A stretch of 64,000 bases of DNA, from assembly GCA_035249605.1 (NCBI GenBank), contig DATFGI010000063.1:65196-129195 (forward strand). Direction: 5' to 3'. The notes beneath the pieces were generated by a model, which made no database searches, had not been told where the DNA came from, and worked only from the letters and a program-made list of their open reading frames with translations. Positions 34,853 to 44,527 of this stretch are shown in pieces. The stretch's first letter is position 1, and each line of letters begins with the position of its first letter. The stretch is from Acidimicrobiia bacterium (GTDB lineage Bacteria; Actinomycetota; Acidimicrobiia; Spongiisociales; ZC4RG35). The position numbers and the translations under genes are program-made.

Positions 34853-34895
34853 AGCTGCCGAGGGTAGAGCATCGGCTTTACCCCTGGTTAGCGGG

Positions 34896-36431
34896 ATGTT
34901 TCCTACGGTTGCGTCCGTGACCCCCGCCCGCGCCCGTGACGCCCTCGCCGGCGCCCTCGCTGCCGGGCTCGGTCTCGGTGTCTCCGAGTTGATCGCCGGT
35001 CTGGTCCTGTGGGCGCCCTCTCTCGTCGAGGGGCTGGGCGATCTGGTGATCGACAACGTACCCGGCCCGGTCAAGGACTGGGCCATCTCGGTCTTCGGGA
35101 CCAACGACAAGCTCGCCTTGCTGATCGGCATCACAGTTGTCACCCTGATCATCGGTGGTGTGGCCGGGGTGCTGGCCCGGGATCGGTTCTCGCTGGCGGT
35201 CGCGGTCTTCGTCGGGTTCGGGCTGCTGGCGGCTTGGGCCGCTGCCGTCGAGCCGGTTTCGCTGGTGGCCGCGTTCATCCCTGCCGCGGCCGCGGTGGTC
35301 GTGGGGCTGGGGACCTTGCGGATGCTCTACGACGTCGCGGTTCCTTCGCAGACAGATGACACCCGGCGCCGATTCATCCTCGCCGCCGGCGCAGTCGTCG
35401 GAGTGGCCGCCCTCTCCGCCGGTTTCGGGAGGGTGCTCATCGAGAAGGCTAAGCGGGCCGTGTCCGGTAGGGAGGAAGTCGTCCTCCCCACCGCGGCGCA
35501 GCCCCTGCCCCCGGTGCCGGAGCCGGCTGATCTCGATGTCGAAGGGCTGACTCCGATCATCGTGCCCAACGAGGACTTCTACCGGATCGACACCGCCCTC
35601 TCCGTCCCCAGGGTGAATCTCCAGGAATGGACGCTCGGGGTCACCGGGTTGGTCGACCGTCCCTACACCATCGACTTCTACGACCTGTTGGACATGAGGA
35701 TGGTGGAACGAGACATCACGCTCTCGTGTGTCTCCAACCAGGTAGGGGGTGGCCTCGTCGGGAATGCCCGCTGGCTGGGCGTGCCCCTGGTCGAGATCCT
35801 GGACAGGGCCGGGGTGCAGAGCCAGGCCTCCCAGATCGTGGGTCGCTCCGACCGGTTCACCGTCGGGTTCCCGGTCGAGGCTGCCTATGACGGCCGCGAC
35901 GCTCTGGTCGCAGTGGGGATGAACGGAGAGCCGCTTCCCTTCGAACATGGTTTCCCCGCTCGGCTCGTGGTGGCCGGGCTCTACGGCTACGTCTCGGCGA
36001 CCAAATGGCTCACCGAGATCGAGTTGACCACCTGGGACGGATTCGACGCCTACTGGGTGCCCCGCGGCTGGGCCAAGGAAGGCCCGGTCAAGACCCAGTC
36101 CCGTATCGACACCCCGGGGCCGGGCGCCCGGGTGGCGCTGGGAACCGTCACCGTTGCCGGCGTGGCTTGGGCACCATCCCGGGGTATCTCCAGGGTCGAG
36201 CTGCAGCTGGGCGAGGGTGGGGATTGGGTCGAAGCCGAGCTGTCCGAGCCACTGTCCGACAACGCATGGGTGCAATGGCGCGTCGATTGGGAGCCGGCGG
36301 AGCCGGGAAGGCACATCCTCACCTGCCGGGCCACCGACGGTGAGGGAGATCTGCAGACCGAAGAGATGGTGCCGCCCGCCCCCGACGGGGCCAGCGGCTG
36401 GCACAGAAGGTCCTTCCAGGTCGAAACCTGA
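34896..36431 (+). CDS. Sulfite-oxidase-family molybdopterin oxidoreductase with an N-terminal multi-TM domain
   Basis: 511 aa from ATG 34896. About 5 TM helices, then a Moco-binding core (ITLSCVSNQVGG, GFPARLVVAGLYGYVSATKW) and a C-terminal Ig-like dimerisation domain. Confidence 0.85.
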   Translation: MFPTVASVTPARARDALAGALAAGLGLGVSELIAGLVLWAPSLVEGLGDLVIDNVPGPVKDWAISVFGTNDKLALLIGITVVTLIIGGVAGVLARDRFSLAVAVFVGFGLLAAWAAAVEPVSLVAAFIPAAAAVVVGLGTLRMLYDVAVPSQTDDTRRRFILAAGAVVGVAALSAGFGRVLIEKAKRAVSGREEVVLPTAAQPLPPVPEPADLDVEGLTPIIVPNEDFYRIDTALSVPRVNLQEWTLGVTGLVDRPYTIDFYDLLDMRMVERDITLSCVSNQVGGGLVGNARWLGVPLVEILDRAGVQSQASQIVGRSDRFTVGFPVEAAYDGRDALVAVGMNGEPLPFEHGFPARLVVAGLYGYVSATKWLTEIELTTWDGFDAYWVPRGWAKEGPVKTQSRIDTPGPGARVALGTVTVAGVAWAPSRGISRVELQLGEGGDWVEAELSEPLSDNAWVQWRVDWEPAEPGRHILTCRATDGEGDLQTEEMVPPAPDGASGWHRRSFQVET

Positions 36432-36442
36432 TTCGGTCGGCT

Positions 36443-37402
36443 TCAGTCGGCCGTGTCGACCGCCGAGATCGCCCAGGCAATTCGATTTCGGGGGTCTTCC
36501 ATGGCGAGACGGAGGGCCCATCCCGTTCCCGGTGAACCGTCGTCGAACCACTGGTAGCGGAGACTCTCGACGCAACGAGAGAGCTCTTCGGGGTCAGGGG
36601 GCCAGGTCACGTCGCACAGTGTCGCGATAAGCCACCAGACCCCGAACCGTCCGGCCGCGGCGCCCCGACGATGGCCATGGGCGCCCCCCGAGGCGGCGGC
36701 CCAACCCAGCCACCGAATCGCCTCCTCGGCTGTCAAGACCCCGACCCGGGCCCGGGTCAGCCCGAGGGCTCGGATCGCGGTCAGGGAGGTCCCCTGCACC
36801 GTCGTCATGTCCGCCCGCCCATTCGATTGGGTCACCCAGGGCTCGACCAGGTCGTAGAGCGCCCCCTCCGATTGAGGGTCGGTGATCTCCTCGAACGACT
36901 CGGGCAACTCCACCTCATCGACTTCAGGTGGGGTCGGCGATGGTGTCTCGACCTTGTCGGCCTTGTAGGTGGGTAAAAGATACGCCTCCCAGGCCATCAG
37001 GGCCGGAGGGAGATCTTCGATCTCCGCGACGTCGTCATCACCCCTGACCACCCGCTCGGCGGCGGTCACCCTCCGCCAGGGGCCGTCACTCAGATGGCGG
37101 TCGAGCTCGGCCCAGGTCTTGGTGGAGGCTGCCACCTCGGGGAGCGGGCCCAGGGCAAATCGGGCGACGCCCTCGCTGACCGCGGCCCCGGCCCAGGGCC
37201 CGGGCGCTTCCAGGGCGAGCCGGTAACGGATGTGCTCCTCGACGCCCCAGACCTGTTTGGCCCGGGTCACCGCTTCGGCACATCGCTGCTTCAGCTCGGC
37301 CAATCCGTCCCAGTCTCCCGTCTCGCAGAGACCGTCCACCACCCGAATCAGCTCGTCGGTGTCGGAGGCCTCGATGGCGTCGACGGCGCGCTGGCTGATC
37401 AA
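36443..37402 (-). CDS. Hypothetical soluble protein
   Basis: About 319 aa if started at TTG 37402 (TTGA overlap with the rhodanese stop). Coding-like composition. No family recognised. The track start (37516) lies inside the rhodanese gene. Confidence 0.55.
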   Translation of the reverse strand: MISQRAVDAIEASDTDELIRVVDGLCETGDWDGLAELKQRCAEAVTRAKQVWGVEEHIRYRLALEAPGPWAGAAVSEGVARFALGPLPEVAASTKTWAELDRHLSDGPWRRVTAAERVVRGDDDVAEIEDLPPALMAWEAYLLPTYKADKVETPSPTPPEVDEVELPESFEEITDPQSEGALYDLVEPWVTQSNGRADMTTVQGTSLTAIRALGLTRARVGVLTAEEAIRWLGWAAASGGAHGHRRGAAAGRFGVWWLIATLCDVTWPPDPEELSRCVESLRYQWFDDGSPGTGWALRLAMEDPRNRIAWAISAVDTAD

Positions 37403-38244
37403 GGCTCGGAGCCGGTGTGGACCGGGAGATCGAGACGCGACCACTCCGAGTACGAGCCCACGTAGACCGCGGGCATCTCCCGACCGGCGATGACCATGGC
37501 CAGGGCGTCGTGACATGCCGTCACCCCGCTGCCACAGGAAACTGCCACCGGGTCGGGCAGCTCTGCGTACACCGACGCCAAGGAGCGAGCGTCGAGGAAC
37601 CGCCCCGAACCGTCGAGGTTTGCGTCGGTGGGAATGTTGATCGCCCCGGGGATGTGACCGGGCCTGGGGTCGACCGGCTCGAGCTCGCCGCGATATCTGG
37701 ACCCGGCCCGGGCGTCGACCAGAGTCATCCCATCCAGGTCCCCGGGGCCCACTACCCCGCTGAACTCGATCGGGCCGGGATAGTCAGCCGGCTCGGGTGT
37801 CACCCCGCCCTTCGCTATGACCTGGCCAGCATCCACCCACGCCCGATAGCCACCGTCGAGCAGCTGCACCCTGTCGTGACCGATGGAGAGGAGCATCCAC
37901 CACAACCGGGCGGCGATCCGCCCTGCAACGTCGTCGTAGGCCACCACGTGGCTGTCCGGCGTGATCCCGAGGGATCCCAGAGTAGCGGCGAAGTCGTCGG
38001 GGTCGGGGAGCGGATGGCGCCCGTTCTCGCCGGGGGCCGAGGCGAGATCGCTGTCCAGGTCGACGAAGACCGCTCCGGGTATGTGACCTTCCTCATATGT
38101 GGCGCGGCCCTTGCCCCGGTCAGTCAAGTCCCACCGCAGATCACAGATCCGAACCCGATCCCGGGCCCGTGCCAACTCCTCAACCGAGATCAGAGGGATT
38201 TCTTCAGGAGTGGGAGCCCGATACCGGGCTCGGCGGGGTCTCAT
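37399..38244 (-). CDS. Thiosulfate / 3-mercaptopyruvate sulfurtransferase (tandem rhodanese domains)
   Basis: 281 aa. Two rhodanese domains with the active-site loop CGSGVTACH in the C-terminal one. Confidence 0.87.
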   Translation of the reverse strand: MRPRRARYRAPTPEEIPLISVEELARARDRVRICDLRWDLTDRGKGRATYEEGHIPGAVFVDLDSDLASAPGENGRHPLPDPDDFAATLGSLGITPDSHVVAYDDVAGRIAARLWWMLLSIGHDRVQLLDGGYRAWVDAGQVIAKGGVTPEPADYPGPIEFSGVVGPGDLDGMTLVDARAGSRYRGELEPVDPRPGHIPGAINIPTDANLDGSGRFLDARSLASVYAELPDPVAVSCGSGVTACHDALAMVIAGREMPAVYVGSYSEWSRLDLPVHTGSEP

Positions 38245-38266
38245 ACGAGGGTGTCGACGAGCCGGC

Positions 38267-38659
38267 TCATCGAGGAGTCAGGTCCTGATCGCCGGGTCCA
38301 TCACCGGTCCCCTCGTCGCTCGGCTTGCTCGGGCGCCAGGTCTCCCGGTCGACCAGCTCGGAGCCGAGATCGGACATGGTCCGGCCCACCGCGGCGACGA
38401 ATGCCCCTGCTGCCTCCTTGAGCCGCTCTCTCACCTCGGGGTCCTGCAGGGCTGAGGACACCGTTCCGGCCACCTGGCTCCAGGCGCCGGCCAACGTGCC
38501 CAACGCGTCTCTTATGTCCGCTTCGGTGGGCCCATCATCGGAGGCCGATCTGCGATAGGTGTCCCGGAGCCGGTCGCCCAGCTCGCCGAACTCGTCTTGG
38601 AACCTCGTCCACGGGTCGGTCTCCTCGCCACCCCTAGGATCCGGTTCGTGCGTCTCCAC
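38267..38659 (-). CDS. Hypothetical small acidic protein
   Basis: About 130 aa from GTG 38659 (VETHEPDPRGGEETDPWTRFQDEFGELGDRLRDTYRR...). Helical, coding-like. The remainder of the 517-aa track ORF is antisense to the exonuclease gene and is rejected. Confidence 0.45.
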   Translation of the reverse strand: METHEPDPRGGEETDPWTRFQDEFGELGDRLRDTYRRSASDDGPTEADIRDALGTLAGAWSQVAGTVSSALQDPEVRERLKEAAGAFVAAVGRTMSDLGSELVDRETWRPSKPSDEGTGDGPGDQDLTPR

Positions 38660-39520
38660 CTCCTCGATGGTACCTACGAGTTGTTTCGTTCCCACTACGG
38701 CAGGAAGGACACGGTCATCGCGCCCGACGGTCATGACATACATGCCACGCTGGGCATTCTCGAGTCCACACTGGCGCTGCTTCGTGAGCCGGGGGTGACC
38801 CATCTGGCGGCCAGTTTCGACACCGTGATCGAGTCGTTCCGCAACGACATGTTCCCCGGGTACAAGTCCTCGGCGGGCATGGACCCCGAACTGTTGCGGC
38901 AGTTCCCCTTCGCCGAGGACGCTCTCGAGGCGATCGGTGTCGTGGTGTGGCGCAACATCGAGTTCGAGGCCGACGACGCCTTGGCGGCGGCGGCGATCCG
39001 CTGGGTGGACGATGTCGAGCAGGTGGTGATCTGCAGCCCGGACAAGGACATGTCCCAGATCGTGGTGGGTGACCGCATCGTCACCTACAACCGCAGGGAG
39101 CAGAAGATCCTGGACGAGGAGGCCGTCGTCGCCAAGTTCGGGATCCATCCCGAGTCGATCCCCGACTACCTGGCCCTGGTTGGTGACACTGCCGACGGGG
39201 TTCCCGGCCTCCCCGGGTGGGGCGCGAAGTCGGCGTCGGTGGTGCTGGCCCACTTCCCCCGTCTCGAGTTGATCCCGCCCGACTCCGACGACTGGGGTGT
39301 GGCGGTCCGAGGAGCTTCCAAATTGGCCGCCACCCTCGTCGAGAATCGGGAGCTGGCTCACATGTATCGGGAGCTGACCACCCTGCGACTCGACGTCGCC
39401 ATCGAGGAGGATCTCGCCGATCTGGAGTGGCGAGGCGTCCCCGAGGCGAGATTCCGGTCCTTCTGCACCGCGATGGCCCTCGACGCCGATGCGATCAACG
39501 TCCACCGTTGGGCAAACTGA
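38648..39520 (+). CDS. Standalone 5'-3' exonuclease / flap endonuclease (Pol I N-terminal domain homolog)
   Basis: LLDGTYELFRSHY, EADDALAAAA, CSPDKDMSQ and the H3TH motif LVGDTADGVPGLPGWGAKSA. GTG 38648 is the proposed start. Confidence 0.87.
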   Translation: MRLHLLDGTYELFRSHYGRKDTVIAPDGHDIHATLGILESTLALLREPGVTHLAASFDTVIESFRNDMFPGYKSSAGMDPELLRQFPFAEDALEAIGVVVWRNIEFEADDALAAAAIRWVDDVEQVVICSPDKDMSQIVVGDRIVTYNRREQKILDEEAVVAKFGIHPESIPDYLALVGDTADGVPGLPGWGAKSASVVLAHFPRLELIPPDSDDWGVAVRGASKLAATLVENRELAHMYRELTTLRLDVAIEEDLADLEWRGVPEARFRSFCTAMALDADAINVHRWAN

Positions 39521-39542
39521 GACCGGGTCCGAGGTAGTCAGC

Positions 39543-39593
39543 CGTTCTGTGCGGGTTTGTAGACACTGGGGGTGCATAGACCCGCACAGAACG
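39543..39593. repeat. Perfect 13-bp inverted repeat with a 25-nt spacer between convergent genes (possible bidirectional terminator)
   Basis: CGTTCTGTGCGGG (39543-39555) and CCCGCACAGAACG (39581-39593). Confidence 0.6.
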
Positions 39594-39597
39594 AAGG

Positions 39598-39771
39598 TCA
39601 GTCCTCCAGGTCTTCGCTTTCCCAGATCACGTCGAATCGGTCCATGCAGTCGGCGCAGCGGTAGGCGACCGGGAATCCCTCTTCCAGCGGCTCGTCCTCG
39701 GGGAGGAAGGTGATCAGGTGGGCGGTCCCGCCACACTCGACACAGACGATGGTCTCCGTCGGTCGGCTCAT
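39598..39771 (-). CDS. Small zinc-ribbon protein (57 aa)
   Basis: MSRPTETIVCVECGGTAHLITFLPEDEPLEEGFPVAYRCADCMDRFDVIWESEDLED has CxxC...CxxC. ATGA overlap with the nhaA stop. The longer track ORF is unsupported. Confidence 0.55.
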   Translation of the reverse strand: MSRPTETIVCVECGGTAHLITFLPEDEPLEEGFPVAYRCADCMDRFDVIWESEDLED

Positions 39772-41114
39772 CGCGCAGTCCTCGGCCCGGCGCGTCGCAA
39801 TAGGAGCGACCCGATGACACCGGCTACCAGGGAGCCGGAGAAGATCCCCGCCTTGGCCAGGTCCGTCGTCGCTTGGTCGGAGAAGGCCAGGCTGGCCACG
39901 AACAAGGCCACTGTGAAACCAACCCCTCCGACCGCCGCCATCCCGACGATGTGCCACCAGGTCGTCCCCGGTGGGAGCTTGCCCAACCCCAATCGAACCG
40001 CGATCACAGAGGCAAGCGAGATGCCCACCGTCTTGCCCAGGACCAATCCCAACGACACCCCCAACGCGACACTGGAGCCGAGGGCGGCCATCAGGTCGAC
40101 TCCACGGAAGTCGATGCCGGCATTGGCCAGGGCGAAGATTGGGACGACGACGAATGAGCTCCAGGTGACCAGCTTGTTCTCGAGACGGGTGAGCGGAGAC
40201 ACGGACTCGGTCGCGATGCCGGAGAGGAGCAGGGTCTCATGGTCGGCATGCTCCTGGGCCTGCTGATCGGTGACGTCGTCGGTGGGGAACTGGTCGAGTA
40301 TGGCTCGAGCACGCTCGTCGAACTCGTGACGGCGGTAGAAGGGCCAGGCCGGGGTGAGGAAGGCGAGGGCGACGCCGGCGAGGGTGGCGTGCACTCCCGA
40401 CTCCAGCGTCAGGTACCAGATGACGAAGGCCATGGGCACGTAGAACCACGGGGCTCGAACATGGATCCTGCCCGCCAACCAGACCAGGATCAAACCGGTC
40501 ACTGCCGCGGCCAGGTATCCCGGTGCCAGATCAGCGGTGTAGAAGAGGGCGATCACCGCGATGGCCCCGATGTCGTCGGCGATGGCCACGGCGAGCAGGA
40601 ACAGTTTCGCTCCGGGGGGCACCCGCGAGCCGAGCAAGGCGACTACACCCACCGCGAACGCGATGTCGGTTGCCATGGGCACGCCCCACCCGTGGGCGGC
40701 CGCGGTGCCGGCGTTGAAGAACAGATAGATGAGGGCGGGCACCACCATGCCGCCGAGCGCGCCCATCACGGGAAGCGCCGCCGACCGGGGATCTCGCAAG
40801 TCTCCGTGCACCATCTCCCGTTTGATCTCGAGACCGACCACGAAGAAGAACACCGTCATCAGCCCGTCGTTGATCAGGTGCAGGACAGACTCGTCGAGAT
40901 GGAAGCCGAGGAAATCGACGGTCAGACGTTGCTCGAGTAGGGAGAAGTAGGTCGCCGACCACCCGCTGTTCGCCCAGATCAGCGCGACCACTGCCGCGAT
41001 GAGCAGAGCGATGCCCGATGAGGCCTCGATCTCGCTGAAACGCACGAACGGGCGTATGAAGGTCTTCGGGACCCAGCGCTCCGAGGTGGCCCAGGTCCGA
41101 CGTCTCGAGTCCAT
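39768..41114 (-). CDS. nhaA: Na+/H+ antiporter NhaA
   Basis: 448 aa. FFFVVGLEIKRE, LAVAIADDIGAI and FALANAG motifs are typical of NhaA. Confidence 0.93.
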   Translation of the reverse strand: MDSRRRTWATSERWVPKTFIRPFVRFSEIEASSGIALLIAAVVALIWANSGWSATYFSLLEQRLTVDFLGFHLDESVLHLINDGLMTVFFFVVGLEIKREMVHGDLRDPRSAALPVMGALGGMVVPALIYLFFNAGTAAAHGWGVPMATDIAFAVGVVALLGSRVPPGAKLFLLAVAIADDIGAIAVIALFYTADLAPGYLAAAVTGLILVWLAGRIHVRAPWFYVPMAFVIWYLTLESGVHATLAGVALAFLTPAWPFYRRHEFDERARAILDQFPTDDVTDQQAQEHADHETLLLSGIATESVSPLTRLENKLVTWSSFVVVPIFALANAGIDFRGVDLMAALGSSVALGVSLGLVLGKTVGISLASVIAVRLGLGKLPPGTTWWHIVGMAAVGGVGFTVALFVASLAFSDQATTDLAKAGIFSGSLVAGVIGSLLLRRAGPRTAR

Positions 41115-41115
41115 G

Positions 41116-42144
41116 TCAGCCGATGGACTTCCCCGCCGACCTCAACACCTCGCACGCCTCGACGACCCGCGCCGCCATCCCGGTCTCGGCCAACTTCATG
41201 TAGGACCGGGGATCGTAGGTCTTCTTGTCCCCGACCTCGCCGTCCACTTTGAGCACGCCGGAGTAATTGGAAAAGATGTGGTCGACTATCGGTCGGGTGT
41301 AGGCGTACTGACAGTCGGTGTCGACGTTCATCTTGATCACCCCGTAGTCGAGCGTCTCGTGAATCTCCTCGATCGTCGAGCCGCTCCCGCCGTGGAAGAC
41401 CAGGTAGTGCCGGGCATCGGCACCGAACCTCTCGGTGACCGCCTCCTGGCCCTCGCGGAGGATCTTGGGCTCCAGCTTGACCGCCCCCGGCTTGTAGACC
41501 CCGTGGACATTGCCGAACACGGCGGCGAGCAGATAGCGGCCCCGGTCGAAGGTCCCCAACACATCGGACACCCGGACCATGTCCTCAGGCGAGGTGTAGA
41601 GCTTGGTGCGGTCGATGTCGGAGTGGTCGGACGCATCCTCGACGCCACCCACGATCCCGATCTCCAACTCCAGGATGATGTCCAGAGCAGAGCATCTCTC
41701 CAACAGCTCGTCGGCGAGGGCGAGGTTCTCGTCCATGGGCAGCGCCGATGCGTCGAGCATGTGACTCTGGAAGATGGGCCCGTTGCCGGAGGCGACCGTC
41801 TCCTCGCTCATGGCGAGGAGGGGCCGAATAAAGCCGTCGACCCGGTCGGGCGGGCAATGATCGGTGTGCAACGCGATGTTGGCCGGGTACTGCGGGGCGA
41901 CGACCCGGGCGAACTCGGCCAGCGCCCTGGCCCCGACGGCCATGTCCTTGTTGGACTGTCCCGAGGCGAACTCCCCGGCGCCATAGGAGAACTGGATGAT
42001 CCCGTCGGACTCAGCCTCGGAGAAGCCTTCGAAGGCGGCGATGATCGTGGACGAGGACGTGGCATTGATCGCGGGGAAGGCGTACCGGCCTGTGCGGGCC
42101 GCGTCGAGCATCTCCCGGTACTTATCAGGTGTGGCGAGTGGCAA
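41116..42144 (-). CDS. fba: Class II fructose-bisphosphate aldolase
   Basis: 342 aa. YAFPAINATSS, HTDHC, LELEIGIVGG and FHGGSGS motifs. Confidence 0.93.
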   Translation of the reverse strand: MPLATPDKYREMLDAARTGRYAFPAINATSSSTIIAAFEGFSEAESDGIIQFSYGAGEFASGQSNKDMAVGARALAEFARVVAPQYPANIALHTDHCPPDRVDGFIRPLLAMSEETVASGNGPIFQSHMLDASALPMDENLALADELLERCSALDIILELEIGIVGGVEDASDHSDIDRTKLYTSPEDMVRVSDVLGTFDRGRYLLAAVFGNVHGVYKPGAVKLEPKILREGQEAVTERFGADARHYLVFHGGSGSTIEEIHETLDYGVIKMNVDTDCQYAYTRPIVDHIFSNYSGVLKVDGEVGDKKTYDPRSYMKLAETGMAARVVEACEVLRSAGKSIG

Positions 42145-42234
42145 GCGTTCACGCTCCCTTGTGTGCTGGCCGCGAAGGTAGTCGGTCCCATTTGCCGACT
42201 CGCCGTCGGCACCCCGCGGGGATAGGTTCAGTGC

Positions 42235-42663
42235 ATGGGTCGGCCCGTGGAGACACCCGTGGAGACCAGAGCGCCCCGCAAGGCACGCAGCCCCGTCGTT
42301 CGCGCCCTCCTCTTCGCCCTCGGCCTGATCTGTCTGGCCCTCATCCCGTTCAGCTATCTCCCCGGCATCCCAACCTTCGATCTGGTGCTCCTGGCTGCGT
42401 TCTGCTTCTCGATGTCATCGGATCGGATGTACGGGTGGATGGTCAACCATCCCTACTTCGGCAGGATCATCCGGGGCTATCGGGATCACGGACTGACCAT
42501 GCGAATGAAGTGGATCGCAGCGGTCGCCATCACCACGTCACTACTGGCCTCGGGAATCTTCCTCACCGACCTGTGGTGGGTGCGGGCTGTCCTTGCCGGG
42601 GTCGGGGTCTACGCCCTCTGGTTCGTCTTCTCCCGCCCCACCAGGGACCCGGCCACCACCTGA
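42235..42663 (+). CDS. DUF454 / YbaN-family inner membrane protein
   Basis: 142 aa. GIPTFDLVLLAAFCFSMSSDRMYGWMVNHPYFG is characteristic of YbaN. Confidence 0.8.
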   Translation: MGRPVETPVETRAPRKARSPVVRALLFALGLICLALIPFSYLPGIPTFDLVLLAAFCFSMSSDRMYGWMVNHPYFGRIIRGYRDHGLTMRMKWIAAVAITTSLLASGIFLTDLWWVRAVLAGVGVYALWFVFSRPTRDPATT

Positions 42664-42683
42664 CCGGCACTACCGTCCCGTCG

Positions 42684-43862
42684 ATGCGGTCCTTCTCCCG
42701 GATGGGTCTGGGCGCGGTCGCCGCCGTGACGATGGCCGTTGCCACCTTCCCCATCATCGTGGCCAGCGTGCTCGCCGCCCAGCTGATCGACGAGTTCTCC
42801 ATTTCCCGGGCGGAGGTCGGCCTGCTGGTGACCGCCTCCGGTCTGGTCGGCGCACTCTCCTCGCCGTTCTTCGGCAGGCTCACCGACCGTCTCGGGGCGG
42901 TGAGGTCGAGCGTCGGAGTCCTCGTGGCGGGTGGGGTGGCTCTCACCGCCTTCGCCCTCAGCCCAAGCTACGGGGCTCTGTTGTCAGCCACGCTGCTCGC
43001 CGGGCTGCCCAACGGGTGGGGTAACCCGGCGACCAACGCCCTGGTCGTCGACAACGTGCCGTCGGGTGCCCGCGGTGTCGTCACCGGGGTCAAACAGTCC
43101 GGTGTGCAGATCGGGACCTTCCTCGGAGGGCTCCTGCTCCCCATCTTCGCCGGGTTGTGGTCGTGGCGGGTCGCCGTTCTCATGTTCCTCGCCATGCCGC
43201 TCGGGGCCTTGATCGCCATGATCGGTCGTCGCGATGTCGAGCGGCATCGTGTGACCGCGTGGAGAGGCGGTGGGCCGCTACCCACGGTGGTCCGCTGGAT
43301 CACCCTCTACGGGTTCATGTCCGGGGTGGCCACCTCGGCCATCGTGGGATTTCTCCCGCTGTTTGCCAATGAGGCGATGGGATGGTCGGAGCAGGCGGCG
43401 GGCAGGCTGATCGCCATCGTGGGGATCGCCGGCGTCGCTGCCCGCATCTACTGGCCCCGGCTGGCCGAGCGGTCGATGGGGCACGGGTGGACGTTGCGAT
43501 TGCTCTCCTGGATGACGATGGTCACCGGGCTGGTGCTGGTCGCGGCCGAGCTGGGTTGGGCCCCGGGTTGGGCTCTGGTTCCGGCTGCGCTGCTGCTCGG
43601 TGGCGGGGCGGTGGCCTGGAACGCGGTGGGGATGCTGGCCGTCATGGACATCGCTCCCGAGGGCATGGTGGGCAAGGGGACCGGTCTGGTTCTCTTCGGG
43701 TTTCTCCTGGGTCTCGCCATCGGGGCCCCGTTGATGGGGCTCTCCGTGGATGCCCTCGGCTCCTACTGGCCGGGCTGGGCTTTCACCACGGCGCTGCTCG
43801 CGGTGGCCGGCCTGCTGGCTTTCAAGGTCCCCTCCGGATCCACTGCTGGGGTTCCGACATGA
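42684..43862 (+). CDS. MFS transporter
   Basis: 392 aa from ATG 42684. 12 TM helices with the MFS loop motif [12 protein letters not shown]. The upstream 185 codons of the track ORF overlap ybaN out of frame. Confidence 0.82.
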   Translation: MRSFSRMGLGAVAAVTMAVATFPIIVASVLAAQLIDEFSISRAEVGLLVTASGLVGALSSPFFGRLTDRLGAVRSSVGVLVAGGVALTAFALSPSYGALLSATLLAGLPNGWGNPATNALVVDNVPSGARGVVTGVKQSGVQIGTFLGGLLLPIFAGLWSWRVAVLMFLAMPLGALIAMIGRRDVERHRVTAWRGGGPLPTVVRWITLYGFMSGVATSAIVGFLPLFANEAMGWSEQAAGRLIAIVGIAGVAARIYWPRLAERSMGHGWTLRLLSWMTMVTGLVLVAAELGWAPGWALVPAALLLGGGAVAWNAVGMLAVMDIAPEGMVGKGTGLVLFGFLLGLAIGAPLMGLSVDALGSYWPGWAFTTALLAVAGLLAFKVPSGSTAGVPT

Positions 43863-44527
43863 GACTGGTGGTGGCGAGGTGCACTGTGGAGTACTCCGGC
43901 CGGCTCTCCGCCCACCTCCCCGAGGCGGTGCGCCTCATCATGGTCAAGGCGGACGGAACGCTCGCCATCCACTCCGACGGCAACGCCTCCAAGCCCCTCA
44001 ACTGGATGATCGCTCCCAATCTGCTCGAGACACGGGAAGACCGGTGGGTGGTGACCAACTCCAAAGGGGAGCGCCTGGTCATCTCGATATCCGAAGTGCT
44101 CGAGGACGTGACCCATCACCTCGGCGACGATCCCGGGCTGGTCAAGGACGGTGTCGAGGCGCATCTGCAGAGTCTCCTCGCCAGCCGGCCCGACACCCTC
44201 GAGGAGGGGCTGACCCTGATCCGCCGCGAGTACCCGACCGACATCGGGCCGGTCGACCTGCTCTGCGCCGATCAGACCGGGGCGACGGTGGCCGTCGAGG
44301 TGAAGCGGCGGGGCGAGATCGATGGTGTCGAGCAGCTGGCGAGGTACATCGAGCGACTCGACCACGATCCCCGACTCGCTCCGGTGCGCGGGATCTTCGC
44401 CGCCCAGTCGATCACACCCCAGGCCCGGGTCATCGCCGAGGCACGGGGAATCGAGGCGATCGAGGTCGACTACGAAGGGTTGCGTGAGATCGAGCACACC
44501 GAGTTGCGCCTCTTCGACCTGCGCTGA
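43859..44527 (+). CDS. nucS: Endonuclease NucS (EndoMS, non-canonical mismatch repair)
   Basis: 222 aa from ATG 43859 (ATGA overlap). [21 protein letters not shown]...[27 protein letters not shown] matches NucS. Confidence 0.93.
   Translation: MRLVVARCTVEYSGRLSAHLPEAVRLIMVKADGTLAIHSDGNASKPLNWMIAPNLLETREDRWVVTNSKGERLVISISEVLEDVTHHLGDDPGLVKDGVEAHLQSLLASRPDTLEEGLTLIRREYPTDIGPVDLLCADQTGATVAVEVKRRGEIDGVEQLARYIERLDHDPRLAPVRGIFAAQSITPQARVIAEARGIEAIEVDYEGLREIEHTELRLFDLR

Noticed and set aside
38660-39820. Upstream ~390 codons of the 517-aa minus-strand ORF 38267-39820
   Set aside because: The segment is antisense to the well-supported 5'-3' exonuclease gene and runs through the zinc-ribbon gene in another frame. 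Only the last ~130 codons (38267-38659) look like a real protein.
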